Shown here one piece after another: positions 37,889 to 47,325 of a stretch of 64,000 bases of DNA; the stretch's first letter is position 1; each line of letters begins with the position of its first letter. The notes under the pieces were generated by a model. It saw only the letters and a list, made by a program, of their open reading frames with translations, made no database searches and had not been told where the DNA came from. A program made the translations under genes and the position numbers. Origin of the DNA: Candidatus Woesearchaeota archaeon (GTDB taxonomy: Archaea; Nanobdellota; Nanobdellia; Woesearchaeales; JACPIF01). The stretch spans positions 101,439 to 165,438 of the forward strand of contig JACPIF010000008.1 in assembly GCA_016188215.1 (NCBI GenBank), read 5' to 3'.

Positions 37889-38212
37889 ATGCTAGGGACA
37901 CATATTATAGGGGTAATTAATGGCAAAAATCTAGACTTGTCCAATATAGACCAGAAAATAACTAAAGCTGCGAATTTGACAGGGCTAAAGATAGTCAGAA
38001 AGGCTTCCTATAGATTTAGCTCAAATAAAGGAGCTACTTATTGTTTTATTTTGTCACAGTCCCATCTCATAATACACACATGGCCTGAAAAAGACTCAAT
38101 TGCCTTTGATTTGTTTACTTGCGGGGGAAAGGGCATGGGGCTCAAGGCTGTTAGGAGGATTGCAGAATACACTAACGGAAAGATAAAGAAGTTAAAAACC
38201 ATACGATTATGA
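37889..38212 (+). CDS. speH: S-adenosylmethionine decarboxylase proenzyme (pyruvoyl-dependent, SpeH/SpeD class 1)
   Basis: 107 aa; ILSQSHLIIHTWPEKDSIAFDLFTCG matches the AdoMetDC family LSESHxSIHTWPE...FTCG signature (self-cleavage Ser region). Confidence 0.7.
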   Translation: MLGTHIIGVINGKNLDLSNIDQKITKAANLTGLKIVRKASYRFSSNKGATYCFILSQSHLIIHTWPEKDSIAFDLFTCGGKGMGLKAVRRIAEYTNGKIKKLKTIRL

Positions 38213-39816
38213 GATTTGGATATTTGTTTGGAAATAGGAAAGCAGATTTTTGCATGATTTTCCTTATAATGTTCTTGACAGGCTTTTCAAGCCTTCTTTA
38301 TGAGGTTGTCCTACTGCTGGTGTTTTCAACAATAATAGGAGCAACTGAGACTTCTATAGCTATTATACTCTCAACATTCCTGCTAGGTTTGGCACTTGGG
38401 GGCTTATTCGGCGGGATTTTGTCAAAGAGAAAGGTAAACCATGTGCTAATCCTAGTTTTTATAGAAATCGTCATTGCTTTATTTGCCTTTACATCCATGC
38501 CCATGATTAAAGAGATAGCGCTATTGTCTTCAAGATCATTCGGGCAGTTCTTTTTGATCCTGCTACTTGTGTTAATCCCCACATTTTTAATGGGCGTGGA
38601 AATCCCATTAGCTGTAAGGATATTGACATATGGAAGCAAACCTGCACATCCAACTGGATTTGTATATTTTTCTGACACTTTCGGGGGCGTATTAGGCTCC
38701 TTTTTATCCGGAATAATAATAATACCTATCTTAGGATTCTATGGCGCCATGATTTTCGGCGGCGTATTGAATATCTTTGCTGCTATACTTGGGATTATGC
38801 TTTTTATAAAATCCAGGGATTTGAGATCTTACTTACCTTTAATTATAATACTGATGATTTTTATTGGTGCAGCTGTTATGTTGAATAAAGAAAATTTCTA
38901 TAAACAGGACCTTAATTTCTTTAATTCAATATATGATAAAAAAGACTTTTATTATGCTGAAACCATATATTCCACAATAAGCCCGTTTCAGTCCATTATA
39001 ATAGCAAATTCCCCATATTTCGGGAATCAGCTATACATCAATGGCGATTTGCAGGTATCGGATTATGATTCGCTTATTTATCATGAATTCCTGGTCTTAC
39101 CTGCGTTTGCGGTCCACCCCAATCCCAAGAAGATATTAGTTATTGGCGGAGGTGATGGCGGGGCTTTATATCAAATCTTAAAATTTAATGCTACAAAAAT
39201 TGATCATGTAGAATTGGATAAAAAGGTTATTGATGTATCCCAGAATTACCTGAAAAATGTGCATAAAGGAACACTTGATAATCAGCGTGTAAATACCTTT
39301 ATTGAAGATGGAAGATACTTCTTAGCCAATAATAAGGATAAGTATGACATCATAATTATTGATCTGCCAGACCCTAAAAAGATAGAATTGGCAGCCCTTT
39401 ATTCCAAAGAATTCTACCAATTAGTGCATAATTCTCTAGAAGATGACGGCGTAATGGTGACACAGACAAACTCTCCATACCATTACCTTTTCGCATATGC
39501 CTCAACCTATAATGCAATTAGGAGCATATTTCCGAATGCAGAGGCTTATACTGTTCAGATACCCTCAATGGGCAATACAGGATATATAATAGCTTCAAAG
39601 ACCACAAATTTGAAAATTGTTAAAAATAAGATATACAGCAAATGGTACAACAGCGATAAACATGAGGAGATATTTTACATGCCTGAATATTTAACCAGCT
39701 TCCTGGAAAATAATACTGTGCCTATCTCAACTGATACCAATCCGGTTATCCATCTTTATAGCCAACCAGTATATTATGCTAAAGGAATTTTGGATACAGA
39801 AGTTGAATCTAAATGA
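38209..39816 (+). CDS. speE: polyamine aminopropyltransferase (spermidine synthase) fused to N-terminal ~7-TM membrane domain
   Basis: C-terminal domain ILVIGGGDGGALYQILKF...DIIIIDLPDP (SAM-binding GGGDG and Asp of SpeE); ATGA overlap with speH gives speH-speE operon. Confidence 0.7.
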   Translation: MRFGYLFGNRKADFCMIFLIMFLTGFSSLLYEVVLLLVFSTIIGATETSIAIILSTFLLGLALGGLFGGILSKRKVNHVLILVFIEIVIALFAFTSMPMIKEIALLSSRSFGQFFLILLLVLIPTFLMGVEIPLAVRILTYGSKPAHPTGFVYFSDTFGGVLGSFLSGIIIIPILGFYGAMIFGGVLNIFAAILGIMLFIKSRDLRSYLPLIIILMIFIGAAVMLNKENFYKQDLNFFNSIYDKKDFYYAETIYSTISPFQSIIIANSPYFGNQLYINGDLQVSDYDSLIYHEFLVLPAFAVHPNPKKILVIGGGDGGALYQILKFNATKIDHVELDKKVIDVSQNYLKNVHKGTLDNQRVNTFIEDGRYFLANNKDKYDIIIIDLPDPKKIELAALYSKEFYQLVHNSLEDDGVMVTQTNSPYHYLFAYASTYNAIRSIFPNAEAYTVQIPSMGNTGYIIASKTTNLKIVKNKIYSKWYNSDKHEEIFYMPEYLTSFLENNTVPISTDTNPVIHLYSQPVYYAKGILDTEVESK

Positions 39817-39828
39817 ATTTGCCAAGAA

Positions 39829-39849
39829 CCACCATTCTTAGAATGGTGG
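39829..39849. terminator. perfect 9-bp stem hairpin (CCACCATTC tta GAATGGTGG) between convergent speE and UbiA-family genes; possible bidirectional terminator
   Basis: Read directly from sequence; lies 13 nt after speE stop and 26 nt after the minus-strand gene stop. Confidence 0.35.
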
Positions 39850-39874
39850 AATTCTGACATTAAATAGAGTTCTT

Positions 39875-41350
39875 TCAAACCATATAGAGCATATAGAACA
39901 CAATAATGCCAAAAATGCTGGACATCAGATATACAGGCCGCTCATCCCCTTTTTTATAATATAGGAAGGCTGTTGCGATTGCAGTTGCCGCTGAACCTGC
40001 GATAAAGGCGGGATTCTGAATGAATAGCGATGGAATCAAGAAAGAAAAAAACAGTAAATATGTAACGATCTTTTTCCCTTTATTTCTCCCAAGGAGGGTA
40101 TATAAGTTAATTATCTTTTCCTTGCTATCGCCTTTAATATCTTTGAAGTCTTTTGAGAAGGAAGAGCTAAGGCCTGTTATCAAGAGCCATGCTCCAAATT
40201 TTAAATTGAGACTGCTAAGAATTTTTGAGGCATCATTGGTTATAAGAAATCCGGAGGCCAAACATATAAGCAGGCTTAATGCTATAATGAAATGACCAAG
40301 TAAGTTGTTTCTCAACCTAAATGGGGGGACAGAATATAGAACTCCAAACAGCAGGCCTATGAGTACTATGAAAAGGACTTTTAAATTAATAATTGCTGAG
40401 AGGGAGATTGCAAATGCTGAGCATATCAAAGCAATGTTTTTAAGTTCGTGTTTTTCCAGTGTTTTTTTGACAAGGGGCCTTTTAGCATTGCTTATTTTAT
40501 CAATACTATAATCATAAATATCGTTTAACGCTACTGCACTTTGTCTTACAAAAAATATTGCAATGATGGCGTATGCCGCATTGTACCAGTTAATTGAATA
40601 ACCGAAAGAGTAGGCTGCTAAAACACCGAGAGCTGCCACAATCATAAATTTGACTGCTCGGCCTGGCCTTAATTCAAAAAGCATTGCCCAAAGCTTTTTC
40701 TTATTTTTATTATTCGCATTGTAATATAGAATAGAAGATAAAACAAGAAGCGGGAGGAAATAGTAAGCAGGAAGGAAATAGTCATAGTAAAAATCCCCTT
40801 TGCCTTCTCCGAAAAAGATATCTGGAGTCGAAAGTATGGTAATTATGAGCGTAATTGCAAAAATTGCGGCAGCTGTCCGCAGCAGGGATTTGCTTCTAGT
40901 AAATGCGTACCAAGATACCCCTGATAAAGCTAGGATAAGCTCTAGAATTATTCCATAGCTTGCGTCTCCCTGCACTATCGAAAGAGTAAATAAGTTGCCT
41001 AAAAAGTTTGGGATTGTAGCATATACGTATCCTGCTGTCCGATTGAAAATAAAGAAATCAAGCAAGGGTGGAAGAAGGATGACCATGTACATCCTAGCAC
41101 CAAAATTAGCTACATCAATAAATGATTTTTTAATTATGAGAGATAGAGCAACGGATATGAGAAGAAAAGCTATGATAAAATAATATACATTTTCTAAATA
41201 AAATCTGATATAATCCTGCGTACCGTCAAGCTCAATAGGGTATGTCAACAACATCCATTCAAGAACAACCCTTACCGAAGAAAGAACTATGACCAAAACT
41301 ATTATCTGTTTAAGGCTGAGTCTTTTTTTCAGAAGAGTTTGTACCTGCAT
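39875..41350 (-). CDS. UbiA-family prenyltransferase (DGGGP synthase-like) with extra N-terminal multi-TM domain
   Basis: ALNDIYDYSIDKISNAKRPL (NDxxDxxxD motif 1) and DFKDIKGD (second Asp-rich motif) in C-terminal half; N-terminal ~240 aa additional TM helices. Confidence 0.55.
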   Translation of the reverse strand: MQVQTLLKKRLSLKQIIVLVIVLSSVRVVLEWMLLTYPIELDGTQDYIRFYLENVYYFIIAFLLISVALSLIIKKSFIDVANFGARMYMVILLPPLLDFFIFNRTAGYVYATIPNFLGNLFTLSIVQGDASYGIILELILALSGVSWYAFTRSKSLLRTAAAIFAITLIITILSTPDIFFGEGKGDFYYDYFLPAYYFLPLLVLSSILYYNANNKNKKKLWAMLFELRPGRAVKFMIVAALGVLAAYSFGYSINWYNAAYAIIAIFFVRQSAVALNDIYDYSIDKISNAKRPLVKKTLEKHELKNIALICSAFAISLSAIINLKVLFIVLIGLLFGVLYSVPPFRLRNNLLGHFIIALSLLICLASGFLITNDASKILSSLNLKFGAWLLITGLSSSFSKDFKDIKGDSKEKIINLYTLLGRNKGKKIVTYLLFFSFLIPSLFIQNPAFIAGSAATAIATAFLYYKKGDERPVYLMSSIFGIIVFYMLYMV

Positions 41351-41359
41351 AAAAGAAAG

Positions 41360-42217
41360 TTAAGAGAGTGTCTTTAATATGCTTTCTATTTCTTCCTTTG
41401 ATTTCCCAATCAATGGCTTTAGAACTATATTATTTGAATTTGCTTCTGATTTCTGCCCAAGTGTTGCCCCTGTAACTATTACGGCTTTATTTGGAATATC
41501 TGTTAATGGAAGAAATTGCAAAAGATTGTAATTATTGAATTTATTTAATTTGTTGGCTAATTCAGACTGTTTGCTAGTTTCATTTAATACTAAAATTACT
41601 TCGCAGCCCCGCTTCATCATGAACCATGCTGCCACTATAGATTTCTCGTCTTCAATCAGGCAATAGACAGTTCCCTGTGAGCCAAGCGGCAGGCCGCCGT
41701 ATCCCTGAATGCGATTGTCAAAGACATAGCAAAGATCATCCATGACTTCAATGCCAATTTCTAAATCAAAATCCTTGAGCGAGACTTTCATGCCCGTTGC
41801 TCCTGCTATAAAAGCTCCAAAAACTTTGTTGTAAGCAAAGCTGTCAGTGCCTCTTTTGTTGCCTACGTTCCTGGTGCTCACCCTAAATGTCTTATTTGAG
41901 AAATCTTTGCCTTTCAAGAGCGTAGTGATTGCCTCTTTTATAGCATCAATATCATTCGGAATTTCAAGAGCATAGCTAAAAGAGGAGATGCCAAAGACAT
42001 TCTTAATAGGTTCCTCCTGCCTGGCGGCGTATACGGGATCAGGAATGTGCACTATGATTCTGGTGTTCTTTCTCTGAAGAGAGCATTCAATGTTATTGAC
42101 ATTGCACACCTCCTGAATATTTGCGGCAAGCTGCTTCTCAAACATGCTGCGGTTCCTGCCTTTTATGGCAATTTCATTATAGCGGATAATGATGCGGGGT
42201 TTCATTAGATGGCTCAT
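41360..42217 (-). CDS. ThiI-like THUMP-domain protein with degenerate PP-loop (likely not a functional tRNA 4-thiouridine synthetase)
   Basis: THUMP-like N-terminus IIIRYNEIAIKGRNRSMFE; region aligned to ThiI PP-loop reads TVYCLIEDEKSIVAAWFMMKRGCEV (SGGxDS replaced by IEDEKS); 285 aa, shorter than canonical ~380 aa. Confidence 0.5.
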   Translation of the reverse strand: MSHLMKPRIIIRYNEIAIKGRNRSMFEKQLAANIQEVCNVNNIECSLQRKNTRIIVHIPDPVYAARQEEPIKNVFGISSFSYALEIPNDIDAIKEAITTLLKGKDFSNKTFRVSTRNVGNKRGTDSFAYNKVFGAFIAGATGMKVSLKDFDLEIGIEVMDDLCYVFDNRIQGYGGLPLGSQGTVYCLIEDEKSIVAAWFMMKRGCEVILVLNETSKQSELANKLNKFNNYNLLQFLPLTDIPNKAVIVTGATLGQKSEANSNNIVLKPLIGKSKEEIESILKTLS

Positions 42218-42421
42218 ATATGAAGGTAATTAGGCAGGATATATTAAAGGTTATGTAAGCTGTATTAAGGCTTTAGATAATGGTTATAGCCATTATTACA
42301 CCGGAAAGGAAGGGGGTATATCAAAATAGACCTATGCGTTTAGAAATGAAAGTATTTATAAATCCTTTAAAAATACCTTTATAAACAGGGCCTTTGCAGG
42401 CTTTTTGGGGGTTATGGCCAT

Positions 42422-42982
42422 ATGGCTAAAAAACAACAAAAATCTCAGAAAGAAATCAAGGTTGTCAATATAGTAGTCTCTACATCTCTAAAGCATGACA
42501 TCCCGCTTGAGAAAATGGCAGCTACTCTGTCAAATACTGAATACAATCCTGAGCAGTTCCCAGGGCTTGTCATAAGGATAAAGGAGCCGAAAACATCTGC
42601 ATTAATTTTCAGCTCAGGCAAGATCGTGTGCACTGGAGCAAGAAGCATGGATAAGGTGCATGAGTCAATCTCAAAAATCATCAAGAGCCTGGAAAAGATA
42701 AAGGTCAAGATCACTATAAAGCCAGAGGTAAAGATACAGAATATTGTGGCTTCAGGAAGCGTGGGCATGGACCTGAACCTTAATACGCTGGCCATGAAGC
42801 TGGATAATACTGAATACGAGCCGGAGCAGTTCCCTGGTCTGGTTTACAAGCTTGATGAGGCCAAGGCAACTTTCCTGCTGTTCAGCAACGGCAAGGTTGT
42901 CTGCACTGGCACAAAGAGCGAGAAAGAGGTTGAGATAGCACTGGACAAGCTGATTGCCAACCTGAAAAAGGTCGGGGCATAG
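42422..42982 (+). CDS. tbp: TATA-box binding protein
   Basis: Two direct repeats: NIVVSTSLKHDIPLEKMA...EYNPEQFPGLVIRIKEPK...GKIVCTGA and NIVASGSVGMDLNLNTLA...EYEPEQFPGLVYKLDEAK...GKVVCTGT; TATA-like TTTATAAA elements 40-70 nt upstream. Confidence 0.9.
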   Translation: MAKKQQKSQKEIKVVNIVVSTSLKHDIPLEKMAATLSNTEYNPEQFPGLVIRIKEPKTSALIFSSGKIVCTGARSMDKVHESISKIIKSLEKIKVKITIKPEVKIQNIVASGSVGMDLNLNTLAMKLDNTEYEPEQFPGLVYKLDEAKATFLLFSNGKVVCTGTKSEKEVEIALDKLIANLKKVGA

Positions 42983-42984
42983 GG

Positions 42985-43020
42985 CACTGGACACTGGACA
43001 TCCCCGCGTGAGGCTTATAA
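42985..43020 (+). promoter_or_regulatory. mcm upstream element: tandem CACTGGA half-sites (CACTGGACACTGGACATCC) abutting a TATA-like box (CTTATAAA, 43013-43020)
   Basis: Read from sequence; near-identical 19-mer in same orientation upstream of radA operon; ~55-90 nt upstream of mcm ATG. Confidence 0.45.
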
Positions 43021-43074
43021 AGGGGTAAGGCAACATACTGGTATGATGCAATACATTTATAGCATAGTCATTAG

Positions 43075-45102
43075 GTGGTTTACGTGGAAGAGGTTCAATT
43101 TGCGAGGCAGTTTTATCAGTTCTTTGATGAGTATTATCACGCTGAGATTCTAGAGAAGATCAGGAAAGGAGAGAATTTCCTGCTGGTTGATTTTGCAAAA
43201 CTGGCTGCATTTGAGCCTGAGCTTGCAGACGAGCTTCTGGAAAGGCCGGATGAGGTAATACAGAATGCCGAGCTGGCGTTTCATGAGTTTGACCTTGGGA
43301 ATATAACAAGATTCAAGATCAGGTTTGTAAATCTGCCTGCAGCGCAGCGGCTCATGATCAGCAATATCAGGAGCCTGCATATCGGCAAATTCTTACTTGT
43401 TGAGGGAATTGTGCGGCAGAAGTCAGATGTGAGGCCGCAGGTGGTTTCTGCAAGGTTTGAATGCCCTCAGTGCGGTAATATCATACCAATACTGCAGCTT
43501 GAAAATACGTTTAGGGAACCAAGCAGGTGCAGCTGCGGCAGGAAAGGGAAGTTTGTGCTTCTTGGTAAAGAGCTGGTGGATGCGCAGAAACTGGTGCTTG
43601 AGGAGGCGCATGAGAGCATGGAAGGGGGCGAGCAGCCAAAGCGAATCGGCGTATTCCTGAAGGATGATCTTGTAAGCCCGCTAAGCGAGAAAAGGAGCGC
43701 GCCGGGGACTAAAGTAAGGGTCTTGGGCATAGTGAAAGAAGTCCCGATCACCCTTAACAGCCAGGGCACAAAATCAGTGAGGTTTGACCTGCAGATTGAG
43801 GCAAATAATGTTGAGGCTATTGATGAGACATTCTACGACCTTGTTATTTCAAAAGAGGAAGAGGCTGCAATAAAGAAGCTTGGGGAAGACCAAAGGATAA
43901 TGCAGAAGCTTGCCGGCAGCATTGCGCCATCCGTCTATGGATATGAAAAGATAAAAGAATCGCTTGTGCTGCAGATGATGGGGGGCGTGCATAAAGTCGG
44001 GAGCGATGGCAGCATCAAGCGCGGGGATATACATATCCTGCTTGTTGGAGATCCTGGAGCTGGAAAATCCATGCTTCTAAAGCGCATTAATATTGTGGCA
44101 CCTAAAAGCAGATATATCTCCGGAAAGGGGATTTCAGCCGCAGGATTAACAGCGTCAGTTGTCAAGGATGAATTCCTGAAAGGGTGGAGCCTGGAGGCGG
44201 GGGCCATGGTGCTTGCTTCAAACGGGATTTGCTGCATCGATGAATTAGACAAAATGAGCAAGGAGGACTCAAGCGCTATGCATGAAGCACTTGAAAACCA
44301 GACTATCAGCATTTCAAAGGCGAATGTGCAGGCTACGCTTATAGCCAGGACTACTGTACTTGCGGCTGCAAACCCTAAACTTGGAAGATTTGACCAATAC
44401 GGCATTATTGCCGAGCAAATAGATTTGCCGCCTGCGCTTATTAATAGGTTTGATCTTATCTTTCCAATCAAAGATTTGCCTAACAGGGAGAGTGATGAAT
44501 TGATGGCAGAACATATACTAAACCTGCACCATGCGCCTGAGAAGGTTGAGCAGGAAATCCCGACTAAACTGCTGAAGAAATATTTTGCATTTGCCAAGCA
44601 GCGACTGCAGCCAAGGCTGACAGAAGGGGCTATGGAAGAGATCAAGAGCTATTATCTCAAGATGCGGATGAGCGGCGGAGGAGAGGAAGGTTTTCATGCT
44701 ATTCCAATATCTGCGCGGCAGCTGGATGCGCTCGTGAGGCTTTCCGAGGCGGCAGCACGCGTGCGGCTTGATGATAAGGTGACAAGAAGGGATGCAAAAA
44801 AGGCGATTGAACTGCTTGAATACTGCCTATTACAGGTCGGGCTTGACCCTGAAACAGGGAAGATTGATATTGACCGGATTGCGACAGGCGTTGGCGCTTC
44901 GCAGAGGAGCGCAATTTTCACGGTAAAAGAGATATTGCATGAGCTGGAGCAGCGGTTTGGGAAGCAGATCCCGGTGCAGGAAGTTGTAGAAGCTGCACGG
45001 GAAAAGGGGATAGATGAGACAAAGACGGAGGATGTACTGGATAAGTTACGCAGATCAGGCGATGTGTTTGAACCTAAGCGAGGATACCTGCAGCTGGTTT
45101 GA
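43075..45102 (+). CDS. mcm: MCM replicative helicase
   Basis: 675 aa; zinc finger CPQCGN...CSCG, Walker A ILLVGDPGAGKSMLLKR, Walker B CCIDELDKM, arginine finger region; no intein (normal length). Confidence 0.85.
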   Translation: MVYVEEVQFARQFYQFFDEYYHAEILEKIRKGENFLLVDFAKLAAFEPELADELLERPDEVIQNAELAFHEFDLGNITRFKIRFVNLPAAQRLMISNIRSLHIGKFLLVEGIVRQKSDVRPQVVSARFECPQCGNIIPILQLENTFREPSRCSCGRKGKFVLLGKELVDAQKLVLEEAHESMEGGEQPKRIGVFLKDDLVSPLSEKRSAPGTKVRVLGIVKEVPITLNSQGTKSVRFDLQIEANNVEAIDETFYDLVISKEEEAAIKKLGEDQRIMQKLAGSIAPSVYGYEKIKESLVLQMMGGVHKVGSDGSIKRGDIHILLVGDPGAGKSMLLKRINIVAPKSRYISGKGISAAGLTASVVKDEFLKGWSLEAGAMVLASNGICCIDELDKMSKEDSSAMHEALENQTISISKANVQATLIARTTVLAAANPKLGRFDQYGIIAEQIDLPPALINRFDLIFPIKDLPNRESDELMAEHILNLHHAPEKVEQEIPTKLLKKYFAFAKQRLQPRLTEGAMEEIKSYYLKMRMSGGGEEGFHAIPISARQLDALVRLSEAAARVRLDDKVTRRDAKKAIELLEYCLLQVGLDPETGKIDIDRIATGVGASQRSAIFTVKEILHELEQRFGKQIPVQEVVEAAREKGIDETKTEDVLDKLRRSGDVFEPKRGYLQLV

Positions 45103-45118
45103 GTGAAAGGCTGGAATA

Positions 45119-45712
45119 ATGGCTGATGAAGAATTAAAGCGGGCAACTGCATACAAGGTTAGCGTAAAGGAACTATTGAATGGCACTTTTCTGAGGACTG
45201 ATAATGCCCCTAGTTTTTTGCTGAGCGAAAATGGCAGGAAAATTCTGAGAGTGAACCTTATAGGGATATTGGTTGAGATTATATCAGAGACTATGTGGCT
45301 GCTGGACGATGGCACTGGCAGCATCATGGTACGCTCTTTTAACAAGCTGCCGTTTTATGTTGCAGGCGATCTTGTGCTGGTTATTGGAAAGGTGAGGGAG
45401 ATAAATGAAGAAAGGTATATTGTAGTTGAGATCGCGCGCAAGCTTACTGATAATGGGTGGCTTCGGTTAAGGGCAGCTGAGCTGCAGAAAGAAATTCCTG
45501 TGCAGCAGGCTGTGGCAATAGAAACAGTTGAGCAGATGGCTGATGGGCAGGAGATATACGATTCTATCAAGAAGCTTGATACTGGAAATGGTGTTGCGCT
45601 TTCTGTATTGACTGAAAAGTTTGGCGAAGGAGCTGAAGCGTATGTGTCCAAGCTGCTGGAGCACGGCGAGATATTTGAAGTGCAGCCGGGGAGGGTCAAG
45701 GTCTTAGAATAG
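45119..45712 (+). CDS. OB-fold plus C-terminal winged-helix protein, RPA32/Rpa2-like (assignment tentative)
   Basis: OB pattern KILRVNLIGILVEI...LDDGTGSIMVRSF...GDLVLVIGKV; C-terminal GVALSVLTEKFGEGAEAYVSKLLEHGEIFEVQPGRVKVL resembles RPA32 wH; 16 nt after mcm stop. Confidence 0.4.
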   Translation: MADEELKRATAYKVSVKELLNGTFLRTDNAPSFLLSENGRKILRVNLIGILVEIISETMWLLDDGTGSIMVRSFNKLPFYVAGDLVLVIGKVREINEERYIVVEIARKLTDNGWLRLRAAELQKEIPVQQAVAIETVEQMADGQEIYDSIKKLDTGNGVALSVLTEKFGEGAEAYVSKLLEHGEIFEVQPGRVKVLE

Positions 45713-45745
45713 TGAAGATGTTATTTTTGAATTAGCCTACACACC

Positions 45746-46609
45746 TTAAAATAACTGCGGCGTGACATATACTTCTACAAACGCGGCAAACACGAGGATG
45801 GCAAGAGCTATGACAATCAGGTCAAGAGTGTCCACCAGAATCTTTTCAAATTGTTTGGTGCGGAAGTCGCCGCGGATGATTGCTATTGAAATTATGCCGC
45901 CGGCCAGGCCCGCGATGAAGTAAGCAGCAATCTCCAGCAAACCGTGAGTGAAGTACCTCATAATGCTGAATGAGGCGGCCTGCAGGTATGCTGATACTGA
46001 ACTCAGGCCAAAGGTTTGCGCTGCAGAGCCCAGCTCAGCCTTGATGAAGTTGCCCATGGCAACGCCGATGACTGAAGCATTCCAGGTCAGGATAAAGATT
46101 GCACCTATACCATACACCAGGGCAAATATAAGGACAAAAAGCAGGACTTTGACGTTATTAGACAAAATCCTCATCATAATTCCAAAATGCGCTATGGCAT
46201 TTCCTGTTGCCTTTGCGCTGATCTGTGAATTGATATCAGAGATGGTCTGCTGCTGGATGCCAAACAAGGAGTTGGTATAAGGAGCAGGCAATATAGTATA
46301 CCAAAACGTGATGGCCAGTGTGATGCCTATAAAGAGAAACATGAGGAAGGTGATGGCTCTGCCATGCTCTTTGAGCAGGTTCTTTTCGCCGGACATCAGC
46401 ATATCTTTCTTTTCCTCGTAGCGGATAGTAAAGTAAAAAAGGGGGACAATTGCAAGCACTGTAAGGAATACGGTGACCAGGTCTGCATGGCGCTCAAATA
46501 CCCACAATGACAAGAGCAAGGCGATTGAACAGTAGAAAAAGCCGATGAACAGCAGCTTCCAAGGCTTTTGCTCTGCCTTGCGCGGCCTGATAAGGGATTC
46601 AATTACCAT
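45746..46609 (-). CDS. SpoIIM/DUF95-family membrane protein
   Basis: 287 aa, 5-6 TM helices with the long loop and conserved layout of stage II sporulation protein M-like proteins. Confidence 0.45.
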   Translation of the reverse strand: MVIESLIRPRKAEQKPWKLLFIGFFYCSIALLLSLWVFERHADLVTVFLTVLAIVPLFYFTIRYEEKKDMLMSGEKNLLKEHGRAITFLMFLFIGITLAITFWYTILPAPYTNSLFGIQQQTISDINSQISAKATGNAIAHFGIMMRILSNNVKVLLFVLIFALVYGIGAIFILTWNASVIGVAMGNFIKAELGSAAQTFGLSSVSAYLQAASFSIMRYFTHGLLEIAAYFIAGLAGGIISIAIIRGDFRTKQFEKILVDTLDLIVIALAILVFAAFVEVYVTPQLF

Positions 46610-46916
46610 ATGCTTCTCCTGAAAGCAGGACTATTTATACTTTGTTGGTTGATTGAATGCGCAAGCCTGATTGTTCGGCGTTCGGCTATGCCTTCCCGTG
46701 CATCCTGTGCGGCGTTATTGAAAAGTCCCTCAGCATTCGCTTCGGTTGGCATCGGTTCAGCTTTATAAGCGAATTTGTTGGCAATGTTCTCTCTGGAACC
46801 CCGAACATTGCTCCAAGCTTTATCAGATAAGCTTCACAAATTGATGCCAACTTCGAACTTTTCAATAACGCCCCCTGTGCATTACCTTTAAATAGGGCTA
46901 TTGTTTCCTGCAGGGT

Positions 46917-47324
46917 ATGGATTATGAGGAGCTTTTGGATATGGGAAAGAAGCAGCTGCCGGAGCGAGTGCTTGCTAAAGAGCGATTTGAGATACCTAAA
47001 GTGGTTGGGCATATACAGGGAAACAAGACTGTTATCAGCAATTTCAGCCAGATAGCCTCAACACTCATGCGTGAGCCTTCACATCTGCTTAAGTTTATAC
47101 TCAAGGAACTGGCAACACCCGGAGAGCTGCAGGGTAACCTATTGATAATCGGCACCAAGGTAAGCGCCTCGCGCATCAATGACAAGATAAAGGAATATGC
47201 TGAATCATACGTAGTATGCCCTGACTGCGGCAAGCCTGACACAAAAATTTTCAGGGAAGGAAATGTGATGTTCCTCAAATGCCAGGCGTGCGGGGCAAAG
47301 CAGCATATCAAGAAGGCCTTTTAG
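46917..47324 (+). CDS. eif2b: translation initiation factor 2 subunit beta (aIF2-beta)
   Basis: 135 aa; C-terminal zinc ribbon YVVCPDCGKPDTKIFREGNVMFLKCQACGA; conserved central helix region. Confidence 0.85.
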   Translation: MDYEELLDMGKKQLPERVLAKERFEIPKVVGHIQGNKTVISNFSQIASTLMREPSHLLKFILKELATPGELQGNLLIIGTKVSASRINDKIKEYAESYVVCPDCGKPDTKIFREGNVMFLKCQACGAKQHIKKAF

Positions 47325-47325
47325 C

